Assembly (NCBI GenBank): GCA_044225365.1 | Contig: JBGAIQ010000002.1 | Coordinates: 211,319-275,318 of the forward strand | Direction of reading: 5' to 3' | Source of the DNA: Planctomycetota bacterium | GTDB taxonomy: Bacteria; Planctomycetota; B15-G4; JADJEK01 | DNA length: 64,000 nt | Shown: piece after piece, positions 1-9,147 of the stretch | How positions within the stretch are numbered: the first letter of the stretch is position 1 | Layout: the number at the start of each line of letters is the position of its first letter | Notes under the pieces: generated by a model | Told to the model about the DNA's origin: nothing | What the model saw: only the letters and a program-made list of their open reading frames with translations | The model's database searches: none | Translations under genes and position numbers: made by a program

Positions 1-1
1 C

Positions 2-340
2 CTCGATGTTGTGCCCGAACGGGATGTGCGTCACGTCGTGCAGCAGCGCCGCGAAGCGAATGATTCGCTCCTCGTCGCGGTTGATGCCGACGTAGTTCGC
101 GGGATCGAACGCTCGATTGCGCTCGATGGCTTCGATCATCCGGCTCGCCATGTGGCACGAGCCGATCATGTGCTCGAAACGCGTGTGGTGCGCGCCGGGG
201 AACACGAGGTACGCCGTGCCGAGTTGCCGCACGCCCCGCGTGCGTTGGAACTCGGGAGTGTCGATCAGCGACAGCTCTTCGCCGGTGAGGCGGATGTCGC
301 CGTGGACGGGATCACGGATGACCGAGGACTTGCGGACCAT
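2..340 (-). CDS. HD-domain phosphohydrolase (SAMHD1/dNTPase-like), N-terminal part, runs off the window
   Basis: Not in the ORF track. Manual translation from ATG at 340 gives MVRKSSVIRDPVHGDI...TPEFQRTRGVRQLGTAYLVFPGAHHTRFEHMIG...AALLHDVTHIPFGHNIE, the canonical motifs of this family. Confidence 0.9.
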   Translation of the reverse strand, partial: MVRKSSVIRDPVHGDIRLTGEELSLIDTPEFQRTRGVRQLGTAYLVFPGAHHTRFEHMIGSCHMASRMIEAIERNRAFDPANYVGINRDEERIIRFAALLHDVTHIPFGHNIE

Positions 341-392
341 GTGGGGAGGATACGAAGGCGATGGGCGAATGGCGATCGGCAGGTCGCGGCGG

Positions 393-1367
393 TCACCAAT
401 TTCGCGCCAGGCTCCGGCGCAGGTCCTCGCGGGGCATGTTGGCGAAATCGGGTTCGATCGCGGCAATTCGGGATTCGACGGCGTGGCGCACTCGCGCGCT
501 CGCGTGATCGAGCAGGTAGAAGAACGTGAGCGACGCGCGGGGACGGCGCGGAGAGAGGAGGATCGCGATCTCGGAGTCGCTCGGCTCTTTCGCGCCGTCG
601 ATCGAGAGGACGATCTTCTTGAACTCCTCGGGATCGTCGGACCAGAACGGGGTACTCGGGCCGCGGCTCGGGGTCGCAATGCACTCCGCGCCAGCCGGAA
701 CGTGGACCTTGCGTCCCGCGGATTCGAACGAGACGGCGCCGATGTCGACCGCGAGGAGCGTCGATCCGTCATCGCGGACGGTGGCTTCGTAGATGCAGCC
801 GAGATCGACGGCGATGCCCGATGGTGTGCCGACCTGGAAGAGTCGGGGCGCCGCAAAGATGGACGCGCGCAGCTTGCCCTTCTCGAGGTGGACGAGGTAG
901 CCCGAAGCGTCGTCCTGCCGATCCGATTCGTCGATGCGCATCTGTGCGCCGCTCTCGAGGACGACGGAGCCGAGGCCCGACACGCGCACGCGGGCCCGTC
1001 CATTGGATTGGCAAAGTACTTTGCTGCCGGGAGGAAGCATCTCGGAATCGAGATCACCGTCGATCGAGCGCCCATCGCGATCGACGACCGCGACCTGGCC
1101 TTCGAGGCGCTCGAGGGAGTAGGGGGACGTCGCGATCCGCTGCGTTCGCGGTGGATCGATTCGCGAATCCGGCGCGAACTCGTAGAGACCGAGGACGCCG
1201 AGGAGGAGCACGGCCGCGGCCGCGAGGAGCGGGAGCACTTTCGGTTGGCGACGGAACTGGCGATCACGGATGCGCCGGCGATGCGGCGAAAGCAGCGTCT
1301 CCAGGCGCTCGATCTCGGGATCCGGTTCGCCGCTCTTGCTCCAGAGATAGTCGTCGTTCATGTCCAT
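393..1367 (-). CDS. FecR-domain anti-sigma factor
   Basis: N-terminal DDYLW..SGEPDPEIERLE, one TM segment, FecR-like beta region (LEKGKLRA..F.V.TP..AVDLGC.Y). Overlaps the upstream ECF sigma gene. Confidence 0.75.
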   Translation of the reverse strand: MDMNDDYLWSKSGEPDPEIERLETLLSPHRRRIRDRQFRRQPKVLPLLAAAAVLLLGVLGLYEFAPDSRIDPPRTQRIATSPYSLERLEGQVAVVDRDGRSIDGDLDSEMLPPGSKVLCQSNGRARVRVSGLGSVVLESGAQMRIDESDRQDDASGYLVHLEKGKLRASIFAAPRLFQVGTPSGIAVDLGCIYEATVRDDGSTLLAVDIGAVSFESAGRKVHVPAGAECIATPSRGPSTPFWSDDPEEFKKIVLSIDGAKEPSDSEIAILLSPRRPRASLTFFYLLDHASARVRHAVESRIAAIEPDFANMPREDLRRSLARNW

Positions 1368-1996
1368 CCTCGCTCACGCAAGGCGTTGCGAAGGAGTTCC
1401 ATTCCGCGCGTGAGGTTGACGCGTACCGAGCCATGCGTGAGGCCGGTCAGCGCCGCGATCTCCGGTCCAGAGAGGCCTTCGACGAGACGGAGCGCGAGCG
1501 TCTCGCGATACGCCTCCGGCAACGACTCGAGGACGCGAAGGACATCGCTCGTCGTCGCCGCGCACGACGCGCCGCAGTCGTGGGCGACGACATCGTGCTC
1601 GAGAACCGCCGTGCGGCTTCGTGTCCTCGCCGCCATCGCGACGCGCGCGGCGCGGTGGCGCGCGATCTGAGCGATCCAGCCGCCGAAGTGTTCGTCGGAC
1701 CGCAGGCTTTTTAGACTCCTGAATGCCGCGAGGAACACCTCTTGCTCCACGTCGTCCGCTTCGCGGGCGGCGCCGTGGGCCACCGCGAGCGCGTGGACGA
1801 GCCGGCAGTACTTGGCATGCAATGCGGTGAAGGCGCGCTCGTCGCCATGGCGCGCCCGCGCGACGAGTGCTTCGTCCTCGAATGCGCGATCGCTCTGCGC
1901 CACGGGAGTGGCGCTAGGTTCGCGGATCTCCAAGCGCGCGATGCCTTCCACGTTCACGATCGGCTCAGGTGAGTTCGTCCGACCGAAAGAGTCCAC
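1358..1996 (-). CDS. ECF RNA polymerase sigma factor
   Basis: Region 2 (EADDVEQEVFLAAF, FGGWIAQIAR) and region 4 (LPEAYRETLALR..EGLSGPEIA..GSVRVNL). Start uncertain. Confidence 0.9.
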   Translation of the reverse strand: MDSFGRTNSPEPIVNVEGIARLEIREPSATPVAQSDRAFEDEALVARARHGDERAFTALHAKYCRLVHALAVAHGAAREADDVEQEVFLAAFRSLKSLRSDEHFGGWIAQIARHRAARVAMAARTRSRTAVLEHDVVAHDCGASCAATTSDVLRVLESLPEAYRETLALRLVEGLSGPEIAALTGLTHGSVRVNLTRGMELLRNALRERGWT

Positions 1997-2086
1997 CGGT
2001 TCTTCCGATGTTAACAGCGCTCCGAAGAACTCGGGCGGGGGTGCTTGGCGCCTCTCCGGCTCACACCGTGACGTCCCACCGGGACC

Positions 2087-2193
2087 TGGCGGCGGCGGAC
2101 GCGGTCCAAAACCGCCAAAATGGTTGTCGGCGGCGGACGCGGTCCAAAACCGCCAAAAGGTTGGCGGCGGCGGACGCGGTCCGAGTCCGCCAA
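2087..2193. repeat. Three tandem 37-38 bp palindromic (REP-like) units
   Basis: TGGCGGCGGCGGACGCGGTCCAAAACCGCCAAAA-type units start at 2087, 2125 and 2162. Inner GGAC/GTCC and outer GGCGG/CCGCC inverted repeats. Confidence 0.9.
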
Positions 2194-2210
2194 GTCTCCC
2201 GATCGAAACC

Positions 2211-2254
2211 CAACCGCGCCGGGAGCCTCCTTGCGAGAGGCGCCGGCGCGGTTG
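2211..2254 (-). terminator. Strong hairpin, possible terminator of the 2339-2695 gene
   Basis: Perfect 12-bp stem CAACCGCGCCGG/CCGGCGCGGTTG plus inner GCCTC/GAGGC. GCAA loop on the minus strand. U-tract weak. Confidence 0.5.
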
Positions 2255-2338
2255 AGTACATCGTTCTCCGTCCTTCTTGGGGACGTTCTTCTAGGAGGCC
2301 TCCGGGTTTCGGCCCCTTGGCCGTGAGGCTCTTCTATT

Positions 2339-2695
2339 TCAGGCCGTGAGTTCCGCGATCTTCTCGGTGACGCGTACGACGCGACCGTTCGCGAAACTCA
2401 GAGTCGTGACGTAGAGACAGGGCGCGTTGTTCACGTCCATGCCCTTGCGTCCGAACTGCCATTCGACGTGATCATCCGGACCGAACAGGATGCACTCGGG
2501 CTGTCCTGCGCAGGCCCGCACTTCGCCCGGCGTCATGCCAAGGCGTGCTGCAGGCGCCGCAAAACGGCCATTCTTCTTCGTTGGAGCAGTCATCGCCGCA
2601 GGCTTGCGGAGCTTGCTGGTCTCGCGACCATCGTCTCCGCCCGCCTGTCTGGCGCGGCCCGCCGCCGTCGTGCGCTTCGCCAAACGAACTACCAT
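2339..2695 (-). CDS. Small hypothetical protein with a SmpA/BamE-like GMT..EV...G.P motif
   Basis: LGMTPGEVRACAGQP...VEWQF...LSFANGRVVRV. Fills the gap before hutU. Confidence 0.55.
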   Translation of the reverse strand: MVVRLAKRTTAAGRARQAGGDDGRETSKLRKPAAMTAPTKKNGRFAAPAARLGMTPGEVRACAGQPECILFGPDDHVEWQFGRKGMDVNNAPCLYVTTLSFANGRVVRVTEKIAELTA

Positions 2696-2857
2696 GGGTC
2701 AACTCCCAACCGAGAACTTGGTCGAATTCGACCGCCACTCTCATCGGACACGTGGACCTTCGAGCTTTAGTCGTTCCCGGACAATCCTCGAATCGGGATA
2801 ATGCTCCCTTCGAATTCGAACCCACTATCGCTCGTCAAGAAGCCCGTGAAGTCCCCT

Positions 2858-4507
2858 ATGACCTCTCGCAAGATCCAAGCACCTCGTGGCCCGAAGCTGT
2901 CGTGCGCGAATTGGCAGATCGAAGCGCCGATGCGCATGCTCATGAACAACCTCGATCCCGAGGTCGCGGAGGATCCCGCCAATCTCGTCGTTTATGGAGG
3001 ATCGGGGAGAGCCGCACGGAACTGGGCCTGCTTCGATGCGATTGTCGCCGCGCTGAAGAAGCTCGCGCCCGACGAGACGCTCCTCGTGCAATCCGGCAAG
3101 CCCGTCGGCGTGCTGCGCACGCACACCGACGCTCCGCGTGTGCTGATCGCGAATTCGAACCTCGTGCCGCACTGGGCGAGCTTCCAGTACTTCAACGAGC
3201 TGGAGAAGAAGGGCCTCATCATGTACGGCCAGATGACGGCCGGGTCCTGGATCTACATCGGGAGCCAGGGGATCGTCCAAGGCACGTACGAGACCTTCGC
3301 CGAGGCGGCGCGGCAGCACTTCGGAGGAAGCCTGGCCGGGCGACTCGTCGTCACGGGCGGACTCGGCGGGATGGGCGGCGCCCAACCGCTCGCCGCGGTG
3401 ATGGCGGGTGCGACGTTCCTTTCGGCGGAGGTCGATCCGAAGCGTAGTCAGAAGCGGATCGACACGCGCTACCTCGATCACCTCGAGAGCGATCTCGACA
3501 AGGCGATCGCGATGGCGCAGGACTTCAAGGCGAAGAAGCTCGCGAAGTCCGTCGGCTGGACCGGCAACATCGTCGACCTGCTCCACGAGCTGATCCGCCG
3601 CAAGATCGTTCCGGATCTGCTCACGGATCAAACGAGCGCGCACGATCCGTTGAACGGTTATCTGCCGAGGGGCATGACGCTCGAGACCGGCGCCGCGCTG
3701 CGCAAGGACGATCCGAAGGCGTACATCGAGCGCGCGAAGGACTCGATGGCCGACCACATCCGCGCGATGCTCGAGCTCAAGAAGATGGGCGCGGTGGTGT
3801 TCGATTACGGCAACAACCTCCGCGGCCAGGCGCTCGAGCGCGGCGTGACGAACGCCTTCGACTTCCCCGGCTTCGTGCCGGCCTACATCCGCCCGTTGTT
3901 CTGCGAGGGCAAGGGGCCGTTCCGCTGGGCCGCGCTCTCCGGCGATCCCGCCGACATCGCCGCGACGGACGAAGCCGTGCTCGAGCTGTTCCCGCACGAC
4001 ACGATGCTCGCCAATTGGCTGCGTCTCGCGAAGGAGCGTATCGCGTTCCAAGGCCTTCCGGCGCGCATCTGCTGGCTCGGACAGGGCGATCGCGCGAGGG
4101 CGGGGCTGAAGTTCAACGAGATGGTGAAGCAGGGCCGATTGAAAGCCCCGATCGTGATCGGCCGCGATCATCTCGACACGGGTTCGGTGGCGTCACCCAA
4201 CCGCGAGACCGAGGCGATGAAGGACGGCTCGGACGCGATCGCGGACTGGCCGATCCTCAACGCGATGGTCAACGTCGCGTCCGGCGCGACGTGGGTGTCG
4301 TTCCATCACGGCGGCGGAGTCGGCATCGGCTACTCGCTGCATGCCGGTCAGGTGATCTGCGTCGACGGCACCGACGCCGCGGCGCGGCGCATCGAGCGCG
4401 TCCTCACCAACGACCCGGCGATGGGCGTGCTGCGTCACGCCGATGCCGGGTACGAGACGGCCGTCGCGGTCGCGAAGGCGAAGGGGATCGAGCGGCCAAT
4501 GGCGTGA
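2858..4507 (+). CDS. hutU: Urocanate hydratase
   Basis: [59 protein letters not shown]. Confidence 0.98.
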   Translation: MTSRKIQAPRGPKLSCANWQIEAPMRMLMNNLDPEVAEDPANLVVYGGSGRAARNWACFDAIVAALKKLAPDETLLVQSGKPVGVLRTHTDAPRVLIANSNLVPHWASFQYFNELEKKGLIMYGQMTAGSWIYIGSQGIVQGTYETFAEAARQHFGGSLAGRLVVTGGLGGMGGAQPLAAVMAGATFLSAEVDPKRSQKRIDTRYLDHLESDLDKAIAMAQDFKAKKLAKSVGWTGNIVDLLHELIRRKIVPDLLTDQTSAHDPLNGYLPRGMTLETGAALRKDDPKAYIERAKDSMADHIRAMLELKKMGAVVFDYGNNLRGQALERGVTNAFDFPGFVPAYIRPLFCEGKGPFRWAALSGDPADIAATDEAVLELFPHDTMLANWLRLAKERIAFQGLPARICWLGQGDRARAGLKFNEMVKQGRLKAPIVIGRDHLDTGSVASPNRETEAMKDGSDAIADWPILNAMVNVASGATWVSFHHGGGVGIGYSLHAGQVICVDGTDAAARRIERVLTNDPAMGVLRHADAGYETAVAVAKAKGIERPMA

Positions 4508-4531
4508 AGACGTCTGCCACTCGTCGCTTCG

Positions 4532-7063
4532 TCAGCGGTGGAGAAGGACTCCGATCGAATTGTGGGCGTCGATGTTCGGCGCGATCAGGTCGTCCTTCTC
4601 GTCGCCATCGAGGTCGCGAGCGATCACGAAGGATGGATCGAGTCCGAAGTCGAACGAGAAGAGCGGGCCGAGCGTTCCTGCCCCAGTTCCAAGTCGGGCG
4701 AAGATCTGGCCGTTGTGGGCGACGATGCTCCCTCCAAGGAGATCGGATCGCGAGTCGCCGTCGATGTCGCTGACCGCAACGAAGCTGGCGTTGGTGCCGA
4801 ACAGGTAGGCGTGTTTGACGGGGAAGGCGCCGCTGCCGTTGTTGATCAGGACCGTCGCAGTGCCCCCGTTGCTATTCGCGACAGCGAGGTCCGGAATCCC
4901 GTCGCCGTTGAATTCCGCGGGCGTCACGTAGAGAGGCCCGGTGCCGACCAGGGAATTCGTCGGCGCGAGGAATCCGCCCACGCCGTTGCCGAGGCGGACC
5001 GTCACGGTGTTCGCCGCGCGATTCGCAGTGACCGCGTCGAGCTTCCCATCGCTGTCGAGATCCAAGAGCGTGACGCAGTACGGTTGGGTTCCGACCGAAT
5101 ACGTCGACTGCGCGGCGAATCCGCCCGCGCCATTCCCGAGCAGCACGCTGATCGAGTTCGCGCCGGCGTTCGAGGCCGTGAGGTCGAGCTTCCCGTCGTT
5201 GTTCAGGTCGCCGACTGCGACGCTCGTAGCCTGAGGCCCGACCGGGAACGCGACGAGGGGTGAAAAACCGCCGAGGCCGTTCCCGAGCAGGACCGTGACG
5301 TCGCCCGCCCCGAAATTCGCCGTGACGACGTCGAGCTTCTGATCGCCATTGAGATCGGCGGCGGCGATCGAATTCGGCTGTGCGTGGACGGGGGCGGGCG
5401 ATTTGGGACCGAACGCCCCGTGTCCATCGCCGCGCAGGATCGTGATCGTGTTGGAAGTCTGGTTCGCCGTGACGACGTCGACCTTGCCGTCGGCATCGAA
5501 GTCACCGGCCACGGCGGAGAACGGCGTCGCGCCCGTGGAGTAGGTCTTCAATCGAAGACTGCCGAGGCCGTCACCGAGCACGATGAGAGCGCCGTTCCCC
5601 CGCGATGCCACGAGGTCGACCGCTCCATCGGCGTCCATGTCGACGAGCCTCGTCTCGGTGGCGCTACCACCGACAGTGAGCACGCTCTGCGGAGCGAACG
5701 TACCGACGCCGGCCGTCGACGTGTTGATGTAGAGCGAGGTGTCGCCCGAGCCTTGATTCGTCGCCGCGAGATCGAGGCGGCCGTCGCCGTCGAGATCGCC
5801 CATCGCCAGTCGGAAGGGGCCCGTACCGGCGGCGAGGATCTGCGGCGAAGAGAAGTTCCCGAGACCATCGCCGTACTCGACGACGATCGTGTTGCCGCCG
5901 TAGTTCGCGGCCGCGAGATCGAGCTTGCCGTCCCCGTTCAGGTCGCCGGTGCGCACTGCGTACTGACCCGTTCCGCTCGGAAGGGTGTTCAGTCCCGTGA
6001 ATCCTCCGGCGCCGTTGCCAAAGGCGACGACCACTTTGTTGCCCGTGAAGCTCGACGAAGCGATGTCGCGCTGGTTGTCGCCATTGAAGTCGCCGATCGC
6101 GAGAGAATTGGGAGCCGTGCCCAACTGGATCCCGGGCTGTGCGGTGAAACCGCCGACGCCGTTGCCGAGGAAGATGGTCGCGACCCCGTTGATGCCGAGC
6201 ACCACGAGATCGTTCTTGCCGTCGGAATTCATGTCGTCGATGGCGACCGCCGTCGCGACCGATGAGATGGCGTAGTTCGTCGGCGACGAGAAGCCGCCGA
6301 TGCCGTCGCCGATCAGAACGCTTGCGAAGCTCGTGCCCGAGAAGTTCTGGTTCACCGTGACGAGGTCGGGATGGTTGTCGCCATTGAGATCGCCCGCTGC
6401 CATCGCGGAGATGCCGGGCTGCGTATGGACGATCGTCGGCGCGAGCAAGCCGCCGTTGCCATCGCCGAAGAGCAGATACGCGTTGCCCGTCGTGCCGCTG
6501 TCGCCGAGCGCGACGTCGAGGAACGTGTCCCCGTTGAGATCGCCGATCGCGAGGCTGTTCGAGGATCCATCGATCGGAGTTCCCGCCGTCGGGTAGTAAG
6601 GTCCGAGTGTCGGTTCGATCGCGACGCCGGCGGTCGCGGCGAACGTGCCGTTCGGCGCGAGCGCGTCCGATTCGAACGCCTGCATTGTGAACAGCGGAGG
6701 AAGTGGCGACGGCAGCAGTGTGGCGAATTGCAGGTCGCCGTTCGCATCGAGCGGGAACGGCCCGATCGGAATGGGCAGCATCGAGCCGAGGTTCAACGTG
6801 CATCCTGTACCCGGCATGGGGATCGCCGCCTTGGCAAGTCCGGCGAAGAGCAGCACGAACGACGAGGGAGCCGCGCCGTCGAAGTGGAGCGACATCTGCG
6901 TGCCGGGATTGGAGAAACCGAGCAGGGCGAGTGTCGGCGGCGAGCCCCCTCGATCGGGACATCCCGTGCCGTAGGTCGTGTACCCAGCGCGCGCGCCCGA
7001 CGCGAATGTGGCGATCGCCGTGACGGCGAGGGCGGCTCGTCGGAGGAAGAAGACGTAGTCCAT
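4532..7063 (-). CDS. Secreted FG-GAP/VCBS-repeat protein with N-terminal YGTGC module
   Basis: Signal peptide (..ASGARA) and about 13 GD(L/F)NGDG..D repeats. Confidence 0.9.
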   Translation of the reverse strand: MDYVFFLRRAALAVTAIATFASGARAGYTTYGTGCPDRGGSPPTLALLGFSNPGTQMSLHFDGAAPSSFVLLFAGLAKAAIPMPGTGCTLNLGSMLPIPIGPFPLDANGDLQFATLLPSPLPPLFTMQAFESDALAPNGTFAATAGVAIEPTLGPYYPTAGTPIDGSSNSLAIGDLNGDTFLDVALGDSGTTGNAYLLFGDGNGGLLAPTIVHTQPGISAMAAGDLNGDNHPDLVTVNQNFSGTSFASVLIGDGIGGFSSPTNYAISSVATAVAIDDMNSDGKNDLVVLGINGVATIFLGNGVGGFTAQPGIQLGTAPNSLAIGDFNGDNQRDIASSSFTGNKVVVAFGNGAGGFTGLNTLPSGTGQYAVRTGDLNGDGKLDLAAANYGGNTIVVEYGDGLGNFSSPQILAAGTGPFRLAMGDLDGDGRLDLAATNQGSGDTSLYINTSTAGVGTFAPQSVLTVGGSATETRLVDMDADGAVDLVASRGNGALIVLGDGLGSLRLKTYSTGATPFSAVAGDFDADGKVDVVTANQTSNTITILRGDGHGAFGPKSPAPVHAQPNSIAAADLNGDQKLDVVTANFGAGDVTVLLGNGLGGFSPLVAFPVGPQATSVAVGDLNNDGKLDLTASNAGANSISVLLGNGAGGFAAQSTYSVGTQPYCVTLLDLDSDGKLDAVTANRAANTVTVRLGNGVGGFLAPTNSLVGTGPLYVTPAEFNGDGIPDLAVANSNGGTATVLINNGSGAFPVKHAYLFGTNASFVAVSDIDGDSRSDLLGGSIVAHNGQIFARLGTGAGTLGPLFSFDFGLDPSFVIARDLDGDEKDDLIAPNIDAHNSIGVLLHR

Positions 7064-7279
7064 GGCGCTACCGCGACGGCGGAGACTTTGTCCGCGCCGG
7101 CGTGAAGGATCACGAGGAGGAGGTAAGAAGGAGAACGACGAATCCGCGATCTTGCTCGTGTGCGCCATGGCGCCCGACTCCGAAGACCGCTCAGCGAGGG
7201 TCAAGGTACCACGAGAACGAGTGGACGCAAGGAAGGTCTCGCCGTCCTTACGCGCCGTGCACGCTCTTCATCCCAGGGA

Positions 7280-8821
7280 TCACGGTTCGAGCGTGAGCGT
7301 ATTCCAGATCGAGACCGACTTGCGAGGACCGTAGTCGCCGGCCGAGCCGTTCCACACCGCGCAGCAGAATTCGCTCGTGCCGCCCGGCGTGAACGTGATG
7401 TCTTCCTTCGCCTTGCCCTTCAGCGAGCGGCGAACGATCACTTGCCATTCGCCCTCGACGTGGGTCGGGAGAACTTCGATTCCGGAGTCGCCGCGATTCG
7501 CCGAAGCGGTGCCGGGCCCGACGACGCTCGACGACGTCGCTTTGGTCTCGGGCTGCAGCAGACCGGCCGGCGGTTTCGTGTTGGGAGCGCCGCTGACGCT
7601 GCCCGCGAAATCGCGCGGGTAGCCTTCGTCGTGGAGCAGGTCGAAGAAGGTCGCGATCCGGTCGGGGTGGAACGCCTTCCAATGCCATTGATTCAACGGC
7701 TGGTGGAGCGAACCCATGCCGAAGAGAGGCGGATTCGATTCGCTCGAGAACTGGAGGGCGACGCCATCGGGGAGTTTCGACTTGCCGAGCGCGCGATCGT
7801 CCCGCGTCTCGTCGTGCCAGCGCAGGCGGAACGCGATCGATTTGCCGTCGTGGAGGGCCGCGACCTTCAGTTCCATGACTGCGTCGGCGCGACTCGCGAG
7901 GGGGGACAGGACGAGGCGAACTTCGCGCGCGCTCTTCCATGCGGCGTCGTCGTTCGCCGGCAGCTCCTTCACTCGCTTCGCGTCGAGTGTGAGATGCGTC
8001 TGCGTGTAGCGCTGCTCGGCTCCCTCGGGAAGGAGAGTATGGACGAAGACGGCGAGCGCCTCGGTCTCACCCGCGGCCAGTTGGGTGGGGGGCATGCCGC
8101 GACCCGGCATGCCCGCACGGATCCGCCGCGCGAGGTCTTCCACCGAGCTGCCGCCCTTCAAGATGCCTTTCCTGAGATCGCGCGCGGCGAACAGGTCGCC
8201 GTCGCGCCATCCCGGGACGACCGCGCGCCCCTCGCCGAGCACGCCGTGGCAGGCGGCGCAGCGTTCGAGGTAGATGCGCCGTCCCGTGGCGAGCGTCGAT
8301 TCGTTGGCGGTCGGAAAGGCCGCGAACGGCGCGGGAATCTCCGGCGTCATCTCCCATTCCGCGAGCTTCAGCGCTTCCTGGCGATCCAATTGGTCGCCCC
8401 GCGCCTCGATCCCGCCCTGGATCCGTGTCGCGATCGCCTCGATCGAGAGTAGAGCGACGTGACTCGCGAGCAGAGTTCGATCGGCGGGAGCGAGGTTCGG
8501 GAACGCCGGCATCCCCGACCCCGGCAGGCCGTGCTCGATGACTCGTTCGATGTCGCTCGGAAGTGGGACGCCGTTGTCGCCGCTCGAGAGTTGGAAGAGG
8601 CCTTCACCGAAATCGCGAGGCGGGGGCACGAGGAGTCGCGCGATCGCGCCGCGGGCCCGGCCGTCGGCATCGTGGCAGAGCGCGCACTGCTTCGCGAACA
8701 ACTCGACGGCGCGCTCGTTCGCTTTCAGGTCCTGCGCCCTCGCGCTCACCGCGAGGAAGGAACCGAGGAGAGCGAGGGAAACCGAAACGACGGACGACGA
8801 CGCGGATCTTCCGAGGTTCAT
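7280..8821 (-). CDS. Diheme c-type cytochrome fused to an ethylbenzene-dehydrogenase-gamma-like heme-b domain
   Basis: Signal peptide, CALCH and CAACH each with a downstream G..MP axial Met motif, C-terminal PDGVALQF..GMG..WHWKA..AVWNG..RKSVS.W. Confidence 0.85.
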   Translation of the reverse strand: MNLGRSASSSVVSVSLALLGSFLAVSARAQDLKANERAVELFAKQCALCHDADGRARGAIARLLVPPPRDFGEGLFQLSSGDNGVPLPSDIERVIEHGLPGSGMPAFPNLAPADRTLLASHVALLSIEAIATRIQGGIEARGDQLDRQEALKLAEWEMTPEIPAPFAAFPTANESTLATGRRIYLERCAACHGVLGEGRAVVPGWRDGDLFAARDLRKGILKGGSSVEDLARRIRAGMPGRGMPPTQLAAGETEALAVFVHTLLPEGAEQRYTQTHLTLDAKRVKELPANDDAAWKSAREVRLVLSPLASRADAVMELKVAALHDGKSIAFRLRWHDETRDDRALGKSKLPDGVALQFSSESNPPLFGMGSLHQPLNQWHWKAFHPDRIATFFDLLHDEGYPRDFAGSVSGAPNTKPPAGLLQPETKATSSSVVGPGTASANRGDSGIEVLPTHVEGEWQVIVRRSLKGKAKEDITFTPGGTSEFCCAVWNGSAGDYGPRKSVSIWNTLTLEP

Positions 8822-9147
8822 GCCAACTCCAACGAGGCGATGTCGACCCGCGATGCCGGATCGTCCGAGCCACGCGCGGTCGTCGCGAACGTGCAAACGA
8901 GGGTCCGGCGTTTTCTTCGTCCTAAGGTCGCTCGATCGGAACGATAACGTCGAACCGCTCCGGCGATCGGCGCGTGATTTCCACCTTCGCCGGGAACGCC
9001 TTCCCAGCGGCCGGCACGCCGCATCGGCCGCCGAGTTCGAGAGCGGTCGACGAGACCGCGAGGGAAAGGAAAGTCTCTCGATCTTGTCCGGTTCGTCCCG
9101 GATTCGTCGCCGTTGGGGTCACACTCGTCCCGTCCAGGCGAATCGAC

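Noticed and set aside
2-340. Anti-phage dNTPase defence system
   Set aside because: The HD family is usually housekeeping, the gene is truncated by the window, and no defence neighbours are visible.
2087-2193. CRISPR array interpretation of the tandem repeats
   Set aside because: The units are adjacent with no unique spacers, and there are no cas genes in the window.
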